Below, in pieces: positions 23,920-36,200 of a DNA stretch of 64,000 bases; the first letter of the stretch is position 1; every line of letters starts with the position of its first letter. The notes under the pieces were generated by a model. It was given only the letters and a program-made list of their open reading frames with translations. It was not told the DNA's origin and made no database searches. This stretch comes from Lingula anatina (taxonomy: Eukaryota > Animalia > Brachiopoda), in NCBI GenBank assembly GCA_051362555.1, contig CM120645.1, forward strand, positions 2,356,001 to 2,420,000, given 5' to 3'. The position numbers and the translations under genes were made by a program.

Positions 23920-26900
23920 CTAGAGGATCAGAGAGGCGATACCGCCTCCGAATATTGTACCACCAGCTGGAGCAAGCGCATTCGTATCATCATCATCATT
24001 GCTCTTCGTCCCGCGTGGGACATAAGGCCACAGTCACAAGCGCATTCGTATAGACCCCCACATACACAAAATAAGGGACACAGCCACCAGTTTTGTGCTT
24101 GACAAGCTGTAAAAATGCAATCAACAAGAATTTTTAAACTTTTGCAAAAAATACATATGGTACAATCAAATTTAAGTTCTTCGTAAGATGTAAGATAGGT
24201 CAAGGGTCAATTTCAAGGTCACTGTAAATTGCCAGTATATGACTTCCTATTCAAGTTCAAGAGTAACTATGGACCTATCTCTGCCAGTTTTGGAGACAAA
24301 AGGAAAGCAAAATTTGCAAAGTTCAGTTCATGGTGAAAAGTAGGTCAAAGGTCAATTTTAAGGTCACATTTAGATTGCCAGTATATGACTTCCTATTCAA
24401 GTTCAATAGTAACTACGGACCTATCTCTGCCAGTTTTGGAGATAAAAGGGAAGCAAAATTTGCAAAGTTCAATTCATGGTGAAAAGTAGGTCAAAGGTCA
24501 ATTTTAAGGTCACATATAGATTGCCAGTATATGACTTCCTATCCAAGTTCAATAGTAACTACGGACCTATCTCTGCCAGTTTTGGAGATAAAAGGAAAGC
24601 AAAATTTGCAAAGTTCAATTCATGGTGAAAAGTAGGTCAAAGGTCAATTTCAAGGTCACATTTAGATTGCCAGTATATGACTTTCTATTCAAGTTCAATA
24701 GTAACTACGGACCTATCTCAGTCAGTTTTGGAGATAAAAGAAAAGCAAAATTTGCAAAATTCAGTTCATGGTGTAAAGTAGGTCAAAGGTCAATTTTAAG
24801 GTCACATTTAGATTGCCAGTATATGACTTCCTATTCAAGTTCAATAGTAACTACGGACCTATCTCTGCCAGTTTTGGAGATAAAAGGGAAGCAAAATTTG
24901 CAAAGTTCAGTTCATGGTGAAAAGTAGGTTAAAGGTCAATTTTAAGGTCACATATAGATTGCCAGTATATGACTTCCTATTCAAGTTCAATAGTAACTAC
25001 GGACCTATCTCTGCCAGTTTTGGAGATAAAAGGAAAGCAAAATTTGCAAAGTTCAATTCATGGTGAAAAGTAGGTCAAAGGTCAATTTTAAGGTCACATA
25101 TAGATTGCCAGTATATGACTTCCTATTAAAGTTCAATAGTAACTACGGACTTATCTCTGCCAGTTTTGGAGATAAAAGGAAAGCAAAATTTGCAAAGTTC
25201 AATTCATGGTGAAAAGTAGGTCAAAGGTCAATTTTAAGGTCACATATAGATTGCCAGTATATGAATTCCTATTCAAGTTCAATAGTAACTACGGACCTAT
25301 CTCTGCCAGATTTGGAGATAAAAGGAAAGCAAAATTTGCAAAGTTCAGTTCATGGTGAAAAGTAGGTCAAAGGTCAATTTCAAGGTCACATTTAGATTGC
25401 CAGTATATGACTTCCTATTCAAGTTCAATAGTAACTATGGACCTATCTCTGCCAGTTTTGGAGATAAAAGGGAAGCAAAATTTGCAAAGTTCAGTTCATG
25501 GTGAAAAGTAGGTCAAAGGTCAATTTTAAGGTCACATTTAGATTGCCAGTATATGACTTCCTATTCAAGTTCAATAGTAACTATGGACCTATCTCTGCCA
25601 GTTTTGGAGATAAAAGGGAAGAAAAATTTGCAAAATTCAGTTCATGGTGAAAAGTAGGTCAAAGGTCAATTTCAAGGTCACAGAAAGATTGCCAGTATAT
25701 GACTTCCTATTCAAGTTCAATAGTAACTACGGACCTATCTCTGCCAGTTTTGGAGATAAAAGGAAAGCAAAATTTGCAAAGTTCAATTCATGGTGAAAAG
25801 TAGGTCAAAGGTCAATTTTAAGGTCACATATAGATTGCCAGTATATGACTTTCTATTCAAGTTCAATAGTAACTACGGACCTATCTCTGCCAGTTTTGGA
25901 GATAAAAGGAAAGCAAAATTTGCAAAGTTCAATTCATGGTGAAAAGTAGGTCAAAGGTCAATTTTAAGGTCACATATAGATTGCCAGTATATGAATTCCT
26001 ATTCAACTTCAATAGTAACTACGGACCTATCTCTGCCAGTTTTGGAGATAAAAGGAAAGCAAAATTTGCAAAGTTCAATTCATGGTGAAAAGTAGGTCAA
26101 AGGTCAATTTCAAGGTCACATTTAGATTGCCAGTATATGACTTCCTATTCAAGTTCAATAGTAACTATGGACCTATCTCTGCCAGTTTTGGAGATAAAAG
26201 GGAAGCAAAATTTGCAAAGTTCAGTTCATGGTGAAAAGTAGGTCAAAGGTCAATTTTAAGGTCACAGAAAGATTGCCAGTATATGACTTCCTATTCAAGT
26301 TCAATAGTAACTACGGACCTATCTCTGCCAGTTTTGGAGATAAAAGGAAAGCAAAATTTGCAAAGTTCAATTCATGGTGAAAAGTAGGTCAAAGGTCAAT
26401 TTTAAGGTCACATATAGATTGCCAGTATATGACTTCCTATCCAAGTTCAATAGTAACTACGGACCTATCTCTGCCAGTTTTGGAGATAAAAGGAAAGCAA
26501 AATTTGCAAAGTTCAATTCATGGTGAAAAGTAGGTCAAAGGTCAATTTCAAGGTCACATTTAGATTGCCAGTATATGACTTTCTATTCAAGTTCAATAGT
26601 AACTACGGACCTATCTCAGTCAGTTTTGGAGATAAAAGAAAAGCAAAATTTGCAAAATTCAGTTCATGGTGTAAAGTAGGTCAAAGGTCAATTTTAAGGT
26701 CACATTTAGATTGCCAGTATATGACTTCCTATTCAAGTTCAATAGTAACTACGGACCTATCTCTGCCAGTTTTGGAGATAAAAGGGAAGCAAAATTTGCA
26801 AAGTTCAGTTCATGGTGAAAAGTAGGTCAAAGGTCAATTTTAAGGTCACATATAGATTGCCAGTATATGACTTCCTATTCAAGTTCAATAGTAACTACGG

Positions 26901-29487
26901 ACCTATCTCTGCCAGTTTTGGAGATAAAAGGAAAGCAAAATTTGCAAAGTTCAATTCATGGTGAAAAGTAGGTCAAAGGTCAATTTTAAGGTCACATATA
27001 GATTGCCAGTATATGACTTCCTATTCAAGTTCAATAGTAACTACGGACCTATCTCTGCCAGTTTTGGAGATAAAAGGAAAGCAAAATTTGCAAAGTTCAA
27101 TTCATGGTGAAAAGTAGGTCAAAGGTCAATTTCAAGGTCACATTTAGATTGCCAGTATATGACTTTCTATTCAAGTTCAATAGTAACTACGGATCTATCT
27201 CTGCCAGTTTTGGAGATAAAAGGGAAGCAAAATTTGCAAAGTTCAGTTCATGGTGAAAAGTAGGTCAAAGGTCAATTTTCAGATCACATTTAGATTGCCA
27301 GTATATGACTTCCTATTCAAGTTCAATAGTAACTATGGACCTATCTCTGCCAGTTTTGGAGATAAAAGGGAAGCAAAATTTGCAAAGTTCAGTTCATGGT
27401 GAAAAGTAGGTCAAAGGTCAATTTTAAGGTCACAGAAAGATAGCCAGTATATGACTTCCTATTCAACTTCAATAGTAACTATGGACCTATCTCTGCCAGT
27501 TTTGGAGATATAAGGGACTAAATGTTATAATTTTGGAGTAACCATAATGTGCCTTAAATTTCGTACAGAAAAAATTAATTAAAATAAAGAAAATGTCATT
27601 TTGGTCAAAATTCTTGAAATAGGAGGTGCTCTGAAGTTTCAGAAGTTCAAATTTGATGAAATAATGTCATTTTTTAACACAAGTTGTCTGCTATTCCAAG
27701 CCTTATGTTTTATTTTTCCAGAGTTCAAAATTTATTATCCATTACCGTACTGCACATTTTGCTTTTACCACCAATATGTACTTTTTGATACAGCGTAACT
27801 CGAAAACCGTATGGAATACAAAAAAACCGAGACCACCTCCAGTGTTGGGCTTTGCATGCTCTACAAAATGCAAAAAAGAATGGGTCTCTAGCATTAACGG
27901 TTCCCGAATTAGAGACAGTTTTCAGTTTCGGTATCTTATGGCCGCTACTCCCGTGAAAATGCACCGATTGACCCCAAATTCATGGAGATGAAAGATGACC
28001 TGAAGGGTAACACTTTCCAATAATATTATTGGTTAAGTCTGTGTAGTGTCTGAATAACAGGGCAAAAAAAATTTTTTTCGTAAAAAATTTCATTTTTTTG
28101 AAAATTATGGCCCATTTGACCTTGAAGTAAAGGTCAAAGGTCAAATCCAAGGGTATATTTGAAATCTACACATATGACTTTTGGAAAGCCGTCTATAGAA
28201 ATTTTTCCCATAACTCCTTCCGTAGGGTAGATAATTAGCATTTAATTTTGCCATTTTTAGACAAGGGTGCATTGTAATGAGTGCCACACCCAGACCCCAA
28301 TACCGACAAAGCCCAAATTTTACGTGGAACGAGTTGAGATTATAAGTGACCTAAATCCATGAGATGGGTACGGGGGCCCTTACCGTCTAGGAGGAGAAGC
28401 GGTAACGGTAGCCGTCCGGCGGAGCCGGCGGAGCCGGCGGAACGATCCGGACGGGACCGAAACCATGTGTACCGCCAGCGCTAACGCTGGTGGTACAAAT
28501 ATAACACCAATTCAGACATTTACCAATTTCATCAATTTAGAAAAATGGTGAACAAAAAATAGCAAGCTGCTTGGTGTGTGTGCATGTGTGCAAAAAGTGT
28601 TTACTGAAATGGACAGAAGATGGCAGACAATATTGCATTCACAAACAGACAGATGGACAGCCAAAATTAACTTTCCACCAACCTTTATTCCTGAGTTGAA
28701 CACTGTAATGGCCGTGGTAGTCCTCACCTGGCCGTTTGTTGCAGGTTTACTGGCCAGAGCTCTAAAATGAAACATTCACTCTAGAACTCAGTCTGTGATG
28801 ATATCACCATCCCAAAATCAAACAACAGTAAAATTGAACCTGGTCCAATTCAAGTTTTGTAAATTTGTTTTTGGGCAATACATTATTATACCCTTATTTG
28901 GCTTTTAGGAAAGCTTATTAGTAGTGGTTGGGTGGGTGGCTAAGAGTGAGTATTATTAAACTAAACAGAAAGGGTGGTGCATACATAGATGATAGACAGA
29001 AACATTTTCAAGAAACAGATAACTAGACATCTAATAGAAGGCAAAACAGAAGATCAAGTGGACAAAAAACAATATCTGCACTTCTCCCACAAAGAAATAT
29101 CTTTCATAAACACACTGAGGATATAAATGCATATAAACCAATTTCTGAACTCAACAATGAATGTTGTAACAACTTCATTTGTATTCTAAGCCAAATAATC
29201 TGCAATAAAACAGCAACATATTCTTTTCATCTTGATACTCTTAAAAAGAAAAAAAAGCACTATTAATAGTAAACTAGTGGTCCACACTGTTCAAACATTT
29301 GGTACATAAATTTTAATTTAAATTTTTTATTAAAAATCCTCACCTGGAAACAAGAGGTCCAAAAAGCCACAGGTTGGTCATCACAAATTTACCAAGAAAG
29401 GACATCTAAAATTAGTATGTTAAAATAAAATGAATAAAGATATATGCCAAATATGTTGTCAAAAACATAATCCACTTCAATACAATA

Positions 29488-29548
<61 letters not shown>

Positions 29549-32500
29549 TTTTCAATAACCCATGTTGAATTAAAAAAATTCAAGTAATTACCTGGTCCAA
29601 AATATTCTACTTATGTTGTTTTAAACCCTTCCTAATCTGGTCATTAAATACATAAAATGAAATAGAAAAATGAAATTTAATAAAAAACACTTACATGCGG
29701 TGCCATGTGCTCCATCATGGCAGCCTCAGGGCCATAACCAAACAAATCAGGGTGAGGCGAAGCTTCTAACCTGGAATAATGAGATACTACTACTCTTTAG
29801 TGCGCTTGTACCTGCATCTTTGTGCATATAACATTATAATTATTGCTTCAAGAATCTAGAATTGCAGTCAGCACAATACCATAATCAGACATGAGCCTAG
29901 GTTTCTGGGGGGGGGGGGGGGGGCACCTTGGGACTGAATTAAAAAATGTGTAATTCCGCATTTTCGTGAAAAAGCTCATGTCTGATAATTCACATATCTT
30001 TATTATGCCTCTTGTAGATTTACTGGCCTCTGCTTGGCCAGATACCATGTACTTCATGAAACAGTACTCTTGTACTTCGCATCAGGTTCCCATTTCCTCC
30101 CACTGGGCACTATTTTTTACACTCCCTCTGAACTGTGCACCATATTAATATTTCCTCCCGGTTTCTCACCTTGATGCTATCGAGACAGCCAACCAAAATA
30201 CCCATACATAATTAATACATATATATTTTCCTCCCAGTAGCTCACCTTGCTAATGCTTTGGATAAAATGCCAATGCTGGTTTCAGGAGGCGGCATAGAGG
30301 AATGGCCGCCTGGTACTTCCACCTTGAATTCCAGTGTCACGTAGCCTTTCTCTGCAGCTCCTATACTGTAAATAATAAACCATCGTAGTACATCATCACA
30401 TAGCAATTTCTTTGTTTGGATTAATGCATATTGTCATCAATGTGAAGTTTTTTTAAAACTTAACAGTCTTCTTTCTCCCCTTACTTACTTACATGGCAAC
30501 TGGCTTGTCAATCATTGGCAGGCCAGCACTCAGGATAGGCATGCCCTCATCTATCACAAACTCTAGTTGAATGCCTCTGTCCTTCAGCATTTGTGCCATG
30601 TGTGCGGCTCCATCATCTCCTCCAACCTGAAAAAATATGCAAAAATGATTGTTTATAAAAATCTTTCTGAATTAATGTCCAGGCTTGAAAGTGGACTTTT
30701 CCCCCCAAAAAAAATTGTGACAGCCAGAAAGGCCAGAGGACCTGCAAGATTTGTGATATAGCAGGTCCTCCGAACTGGCACGTTTTTTGTGAAAGTACTA
30801 TTATACATAAAAATAACCCACATGTAAACATTGACCAACAGAAATTAAATACTTAAATACTCCGTTCAAACCAGAAAGGACCTGCAGACTTCTTGTAGCT
30901 CAAGTCCTAAAGTTTTCCCCATGTGGCCCTGGGACAAGCTTGGACTTCATGTAGGCAGATGCATTCCTCTCCCCCTCCCCCCAACTAATTATTCTTCTGA
31001 GGCTTCTGATCTAAATTTGCTCCCACTCTGTATACACGACACCCCCTCCCCATGCTCCCTGTACATCAGCTGTCTTGAAATATGGCTGTTATAAATTCTG
31101 ATGTCTCTGTATATGTCTTAAGCAACAGTGTTTCATTGCTTGGCAAGACAGTCTACATTACATTACGTTACATTACATTACATTACATTACATTACATTA
31201 TTGAAACCAGTTCACAGCTTTCCCTACCTCTTCATCATGGCCTAGAGCAACAAACAGAGTCCTCTTGGGCTTGAATCCTCTTTTTAAGTGGAATTCCAAG
31301 GCTTCAAGAATACCCTGAAAATAGGTCAAATCATGTCATGAAAACTGCAGTAAAATATTCTAGGAAATTTAAAGAGTTTGAGAAGAAGTATGTAACAGCA
31401 CTTGTGAGCTGACACATCTATAAATATAGCACAAGCATAAAGAATCATTTTAACTACCAGAACGCCATCTTTGTTATCCAGCGTTCCTCGCCCATAGAGA
31501 TGACCGTCTTCTGTGATGACTCCGTCAAATGGTGGATGTTCCCAGCCCTCGTCTGAGGCAGGTACAACATCAAGGTGAGCGGCAAGAAGATATGGCTTCA
31601 ATTCTGGGTTCGTGCCTAGAGTGAGATAGAAGATTTAGTTTCAGTTTTAGTTCCCAGCAATCTAAGACAATAAATGCTAATATAACTGAACCTGTATATG
31701 AAATCAATTATTTAAAAGTAAGAAAAAATAGACTGAAATGTGTGTGGTTGTTACTCAACCTTTACAATGGAGCAACCACACACACATACATACACACACA
31801 CACACACGCATGCACACACACACAAACATGTACATGTACCTGGTAATTCATACAGCAGGCTGTAACCATTTACCACTTCATGTTTCACTAATGAAGAATT
31901 ATGGACGGTAGGAAATTCTGAAATTGAAAAGAAAAATTAAGTTCTCTTTATAAAAATATGCATAAGACAATCTGCTGTTGTCACCATGATAGATTAATTT
32001 ATCTAAATCAAATTTTCCACTTCCTGGCAAACCTGACCACCTGCCATCTTGAAGTATTGTAATGCACACATTCCAGGAGTTTGTGCAAAAATGGAACTCT
32101 AAAGCAAAGCTTAATTTGAAAAACGGTTGCTTGGGTTAAAAAACTTTTTGTGAAAAAAGATTTCCCAGAAAGTTACAGAGTTGACTTTCCAGGAGGGGTT
32201 GTCGCAGGGTTATGCATGGTGAGCTCCTGAGCATCAGTATCAAAGGTTGGTTAGTCAGAGAAAAATACTGATTTACCCAGAATAATTTATTAAATGTCAT
32301 AATTTAAAGTGGGGATTAAATTCCTTCACTCTGAGTCTCAAACCAATAAATGCATTTATCCATTTATGAAATAGAATTAATTGTGCTGTTCATATACTCC
32401 ATCCCTCTCAACATCCCAACAGTATACAATAATAGTATGCACTAATATTTGGTGTGTGTAAGTGCCTCTAAATAACTGTCAAATATTGTAAATAACCTTG

Positions 32501-32972
32501 TGAGTCCCACCTAAATATCACGTTTAACCTGACACCCCCCTCTCCCCCCCCCCCCCACACACACCCACCCGCACCTTTTAAACCCAACCCATAATGGGGA
32601 TTGTGTTAAACCCCCCCCCCACACACACACACACACACTGTTTTTAATGGCGATATAATAAATTTTACCTCTTTTTAGAAAAAATTGAAACTTGAGCAGC
32701 TCGTCCCGATTGTAGTCATGCTTAGATGTCGACACCGTTTTAAAACGAAGTGAATGAACAAGCCGGTCAACAACTTTACCATCAGCACGAATGTAATCTT
32801 CATCCGTGACTTTGCACGGTTTGTAATCTATCTCTCGATTTTCAAAAGTCAGGGCTCGTATTAAACATACTAGAAATAACGACGTGAAGACGATAAAAAT
32901 TAAAAGACACAGTTTGCAGAATGATCTGCCGAGGGACGTGCCGCTCTCTTTCGATCCTGCGGGCGCAGCCAT
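22432..32972 (-). CDS. PM20D1: PM20D1-like amidohydrolase, paralog B, 12 exons, 524 aa
   Basis: Exons 32972-32669, 31917-31840, 31615-31458, 31314-31228, 30626-30493, 30365-30246, 29770-29695, 29405-29344, 28761-28683, 23862-23791, 23374-23200, 22661-22432; sum 1575 nt. Internal exon lengths identical to paralog A (78,158,87,134,120,76,62,79,72,175). Same M20 motifs intact; ends HTEEL. Confidence 0.92.
23070..23210. repeat. Short (2-3 unit) version of the same donor-containing minisatellite in PM20D1-B
   Basis: ACCACTCCCTACC(T/C)GGTACAGTG occurs three times near 23075, 23129 and 23188. Confidence 0.9.
23918..28505 (-). mobile_element. Non-autonomous Helentron-associated (HINE/DINE-1/pearl-like) element with central tandem array
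   Basis: 13-bp subterminal inverted repeats TTGTACCACCAGC (23955-23967) / GCTGGTGGTACAA (28486-28498); short stem-loop GAGGCG-atac-CGCCTC (23933-23948) followed by CTAGTT on the minus strand; hairpin TGTACCGCCAGCG-ctaa-CGCTGGTGGTACA (28468-28497) and GC-rich short repeats (about 28410-28460) at the other end; absent from the equivalent intron 9 of paralog A. Confidence 0.75.
24196..27516. repeat. 146-bp tandem satellite array, about 22.7 units
   Basis: TAGGTCAAAGGTC recurs at 24341, 24487, 24633 ... 27407 (period 146); units nearly identical. Confidence 0.97.
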
Positions 32973-33286
32973 GTTCTAAAATCGCTGGGTCAAAAACGAA
33001 ACCCGTTGAATAAATAGTCCCCAGGTTGCATCGTGTAACTTGCATAGCACTCAAACTAGATTGATAAAAACCAAAACTTGGTGCCCTGGTATGCTTTTAT
33101 TTCAAAATTTGGATAAATGAATCGATTTTGTGAAATAAATGTGTATATGTCTGCGGATTAATAAATAGGTCAACTCGGGGTCAGGTGGCGACGGTGCCCT
33201 ATTTACGTTGGAGGCCAAAGGCATTTCTCCAAAAGTCTGTTGGTCGGTTTTAACGTTTGCGGCCAAACTGTGACTTATATGCTGAA
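32973..33286. promoter_or_regulatory. Putative bidirectional promoter shared by PM20D1-B and ALDH1L
   Basis: Only 314 bp separate the two divergent ATGs (32972 minus, 33287 plus); locally more CpG-rich than the flanking introns. Confidence 0.65.
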
Positions 33287-36200
33287 ATGTTAGCTGCACA
33301 TCAATTCGTCAGGAGGTTTTCCTCTTCACAGGTAAGTGAAATGCACGATCTTAAGTGCAAAAATTTGATTAATTCCGCATTAACCGTGACACGTGTTAGT
33401 GTTTCCCGTGTTACTACTGTACATTGAAAAATGTTTATGTCGCCCGTGCAGAGACTTAATTACTAGATATTATCTCAGACACGTACATCGAAGCTTAGTA
33501 AGTTTACATTGAAGTTTTGTATTTGGTAAATAATTATCTTAACTTTAGTCAAAATATGTTTTTCCTATTTCCACAATATATTTTGTTTTATTACAATATT
33601 GTTATTAACCTAGTTTCTGCATGATCATTGTTGACTTTGTTGTCGATGTATTTATGAATGGGAGGGCAGTCGGGTCTCGCCGGCGTAGGTTCAATCTGGT
33701 TAAAGCGGGTTCAATCTGCATTTCGTCACTTGCATCACAAAGAGTCCGTGAGCACAGTTACGACAGCTTAACGTGTAACATCCATCCCATACAATGTTAG
33801 TATGCAGCCGTGATATCTAACACACTGCCTTCAGGCTTAATGGCCTAGCTTTTCACGTCACATAATCAAAACGTAAAAAATTGGTAGCATTATCAAGGAA
33901 TATATATAAAAGAGAACCTGTTCAAAGTTTTTAACACCAGGAATTCTTGATATGGTAAAGCGATAAGGGTCTCCCAACGTGAATGCCTGTCTAAAATTAA
34001 CTTAGCAACGTGGCCAGGGTTGCTTATATGATGCAATGCCATAGTGTAGCTAGAACTCTGAAGCCCAGTGTATTAATTCAAACTTTAGAAAATAGTATCA
34101 TTCTGATCAGTCTTGTGCCACCTGTGCATGCTTGATTTACACCAACATGTCCCAGTGCAGAGACAACAATTGTATAATATTTCTGCTATATTTCTGCTAA
34201 TATAACCAATTAGCAGAAACATAATTAAGACCCTTTTGTTATTGATTTCAGGAAAATTTAAATATGCCCTTTTCTCCTTTTTTTTTAAATTTTAGTAAGA
34301 TTTTTTATATGAGCTTGTTAATTAAGCATGTTTGAGTAAGAGTACTTGTTTTTTTTTTTTTTTACTGTGGGTAAAATAACCAAACGCTTGCATTCTGCAT
34401 TAGCATAATTACCATACTAACAACAATAATAAACAAACATTAGATCTAAGTTTTATTTCTCTTCAAATGGGAATTAAATCTGAAATAATTCAGTTCATTT
34501 CTGTGTTGAAATTGCCCCCCCCCCCCCCCCCCCCCCCCCCCAAAGGTGAAATGGACATGCTTGAGTGAGATCAGCTGATTTCCTTCACAGCTGATGCAAC
34601 ACACTGAATACCAGCTAGGGATGACCAAGGCCCATGCAGGCTTGCTGAGGCTAGTATGCACACAATGTATGCCAGACTCAGGGAGGCATAGTGGGCCATA
34701 ACCCCCCCCCCCCCCCCAATTATTGGAGGCACCCCCCGCCCCGCCCCCCCCCCCCAAAAAAAAAAAAAAAGGGAGAGAGAGAGAGAGGAAAAAAGCAAAG
34801 CAAGCAAAAAATGGGACAAAACCCAAAACGTAGCAGTTTTCCTTGTCAGTACCCTACATATTACAGTAAAATTGCTAAGTGTTTCAAGCATATTTTTTAT
34901 CCTTTTCAAGGTCTCTTTCCCATCCCTTTGAAGGAAAACCCTGGATCTACTAGTACTGGTGCTGATCATGCCAAATCCCCCTCAAGCTCACAGAGCTGTA
35001 GTCTAAAACAGACTCATATTGTTCCTCTCTTATGTCACTTTAATAGCCCATATATATAGATACCATATATTACACAACATGTATAGTACATATATAGTAG
35101 ACCCAAGGTGAGATTGTGTGGTGGGTGTCTTTCTGGACTTTACAGGTCTTGACTATTTTAATTCCTCAGGGGATGAAAACTGGCTAAATGTTAACTTAGA
35201 TGAATCCTGTGTGTTTCCTAGTTAAGTCATAACAGACTGCAATCATTCTTGACACAAGTGAAAAAATAAATCATACATTTTATCAAATCATTTTGCTGAG
35301 GTGAAGTTTGATAACACTAGGATATACCGTAGATATATTTATCTAACAACCCCTCACCCCTCTTTAAGAGTAAGAAATAAGAATTTTCTTATTTTCTCTT
35401 TTCTTCTCAGTGTTTATGGGCCAATTTAAGAATAGCAGTCATAGGGCAGAGCCAGTTTGGAGCAGAAGTGTACAAGACACTGAAAAAGGACGGCCATGAA
35501 ATCGTGGGTGTGTTCACAGTACCTGACCAGAAGGGGAGACCGGACCCTTTAGGTGAGAACTTTTTTATTTATTTATTTTTTCATTATGATATTTTTGATA
35601 AATGCTCTGAAAATATAGAACAAGTATAGTACATACGTTTGTTCAGTTTCTTTATACCGACATTTTATAGTGATAGAAAATGATTTTTTTTTAAATTTTA
35701 CCAATATTCCGTGATTTATATACTTGATTTAAAACAAATTGTTTTAAATTTGAAGTAAATGCACCGTGTGACATAATATCAGATCATAATATTGACATTT
35801 TATGGTGTGTTGACATTTCTATTTTAAAAAGATTAGATTAGTAATCCTATGTCATTTCAAGTTCAGAACAAACAGGTTTACCATAACAGTTTTTATTACG
35901 AGCTAGTTCCAGGCCTATATATAAACAGTTGCTGTTTAATTATGACTTGGAGCAGCAGATTAGTGATAATTGCAATTTTATCGTTTATCAGGCCTGACTT
36001 CTTTTTGGCAACTATAGTGCGCCGTAAACTTGCAAATTGTTTAATGAAACTAGCCAAGACATACGGGATGAGATCATAATATTGACATTTTATGGTGTAT
36101 TGATACTTGTATACATGTTAAAAAGATAAGTGTGTCACATAGTTAAGATGAAGCCCGTTTTTTAACCAATTTAAAGACAGTTTCCATTTATATATACCAG

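Noticed and set aside
24196-27516. CRISPR-like array, or coding repeats (ORFs 24622-24927 and 26520-26825)
   Set aside because: Units are near-identical along their whole length with no unique spacers, no cas genes, eukaryotic intron; the ORFs are chance read-through of satellite variants.
10615-32972. PM20D1 duplication as an uncollapsed haplotype artefact
   Set aside because: Most introns are unalignable by eye and several exons differ at many codons, beyond allelic divergence.
33495-33503. Alternative first-exon donor (A|GTAAGT) giving a cytosolic ALDH1L isoform
   Set aside because: No in-frame ATG identified in exon 2 for such an isoform; cannot be supported from sequence alone.
34446-35059. 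Three overlapping ORFs over 120 aa
   Set aside because: Produced by poly-C/poly-A/GA low-complexity runs in ALDH1L intron 1; no recognisable domain.
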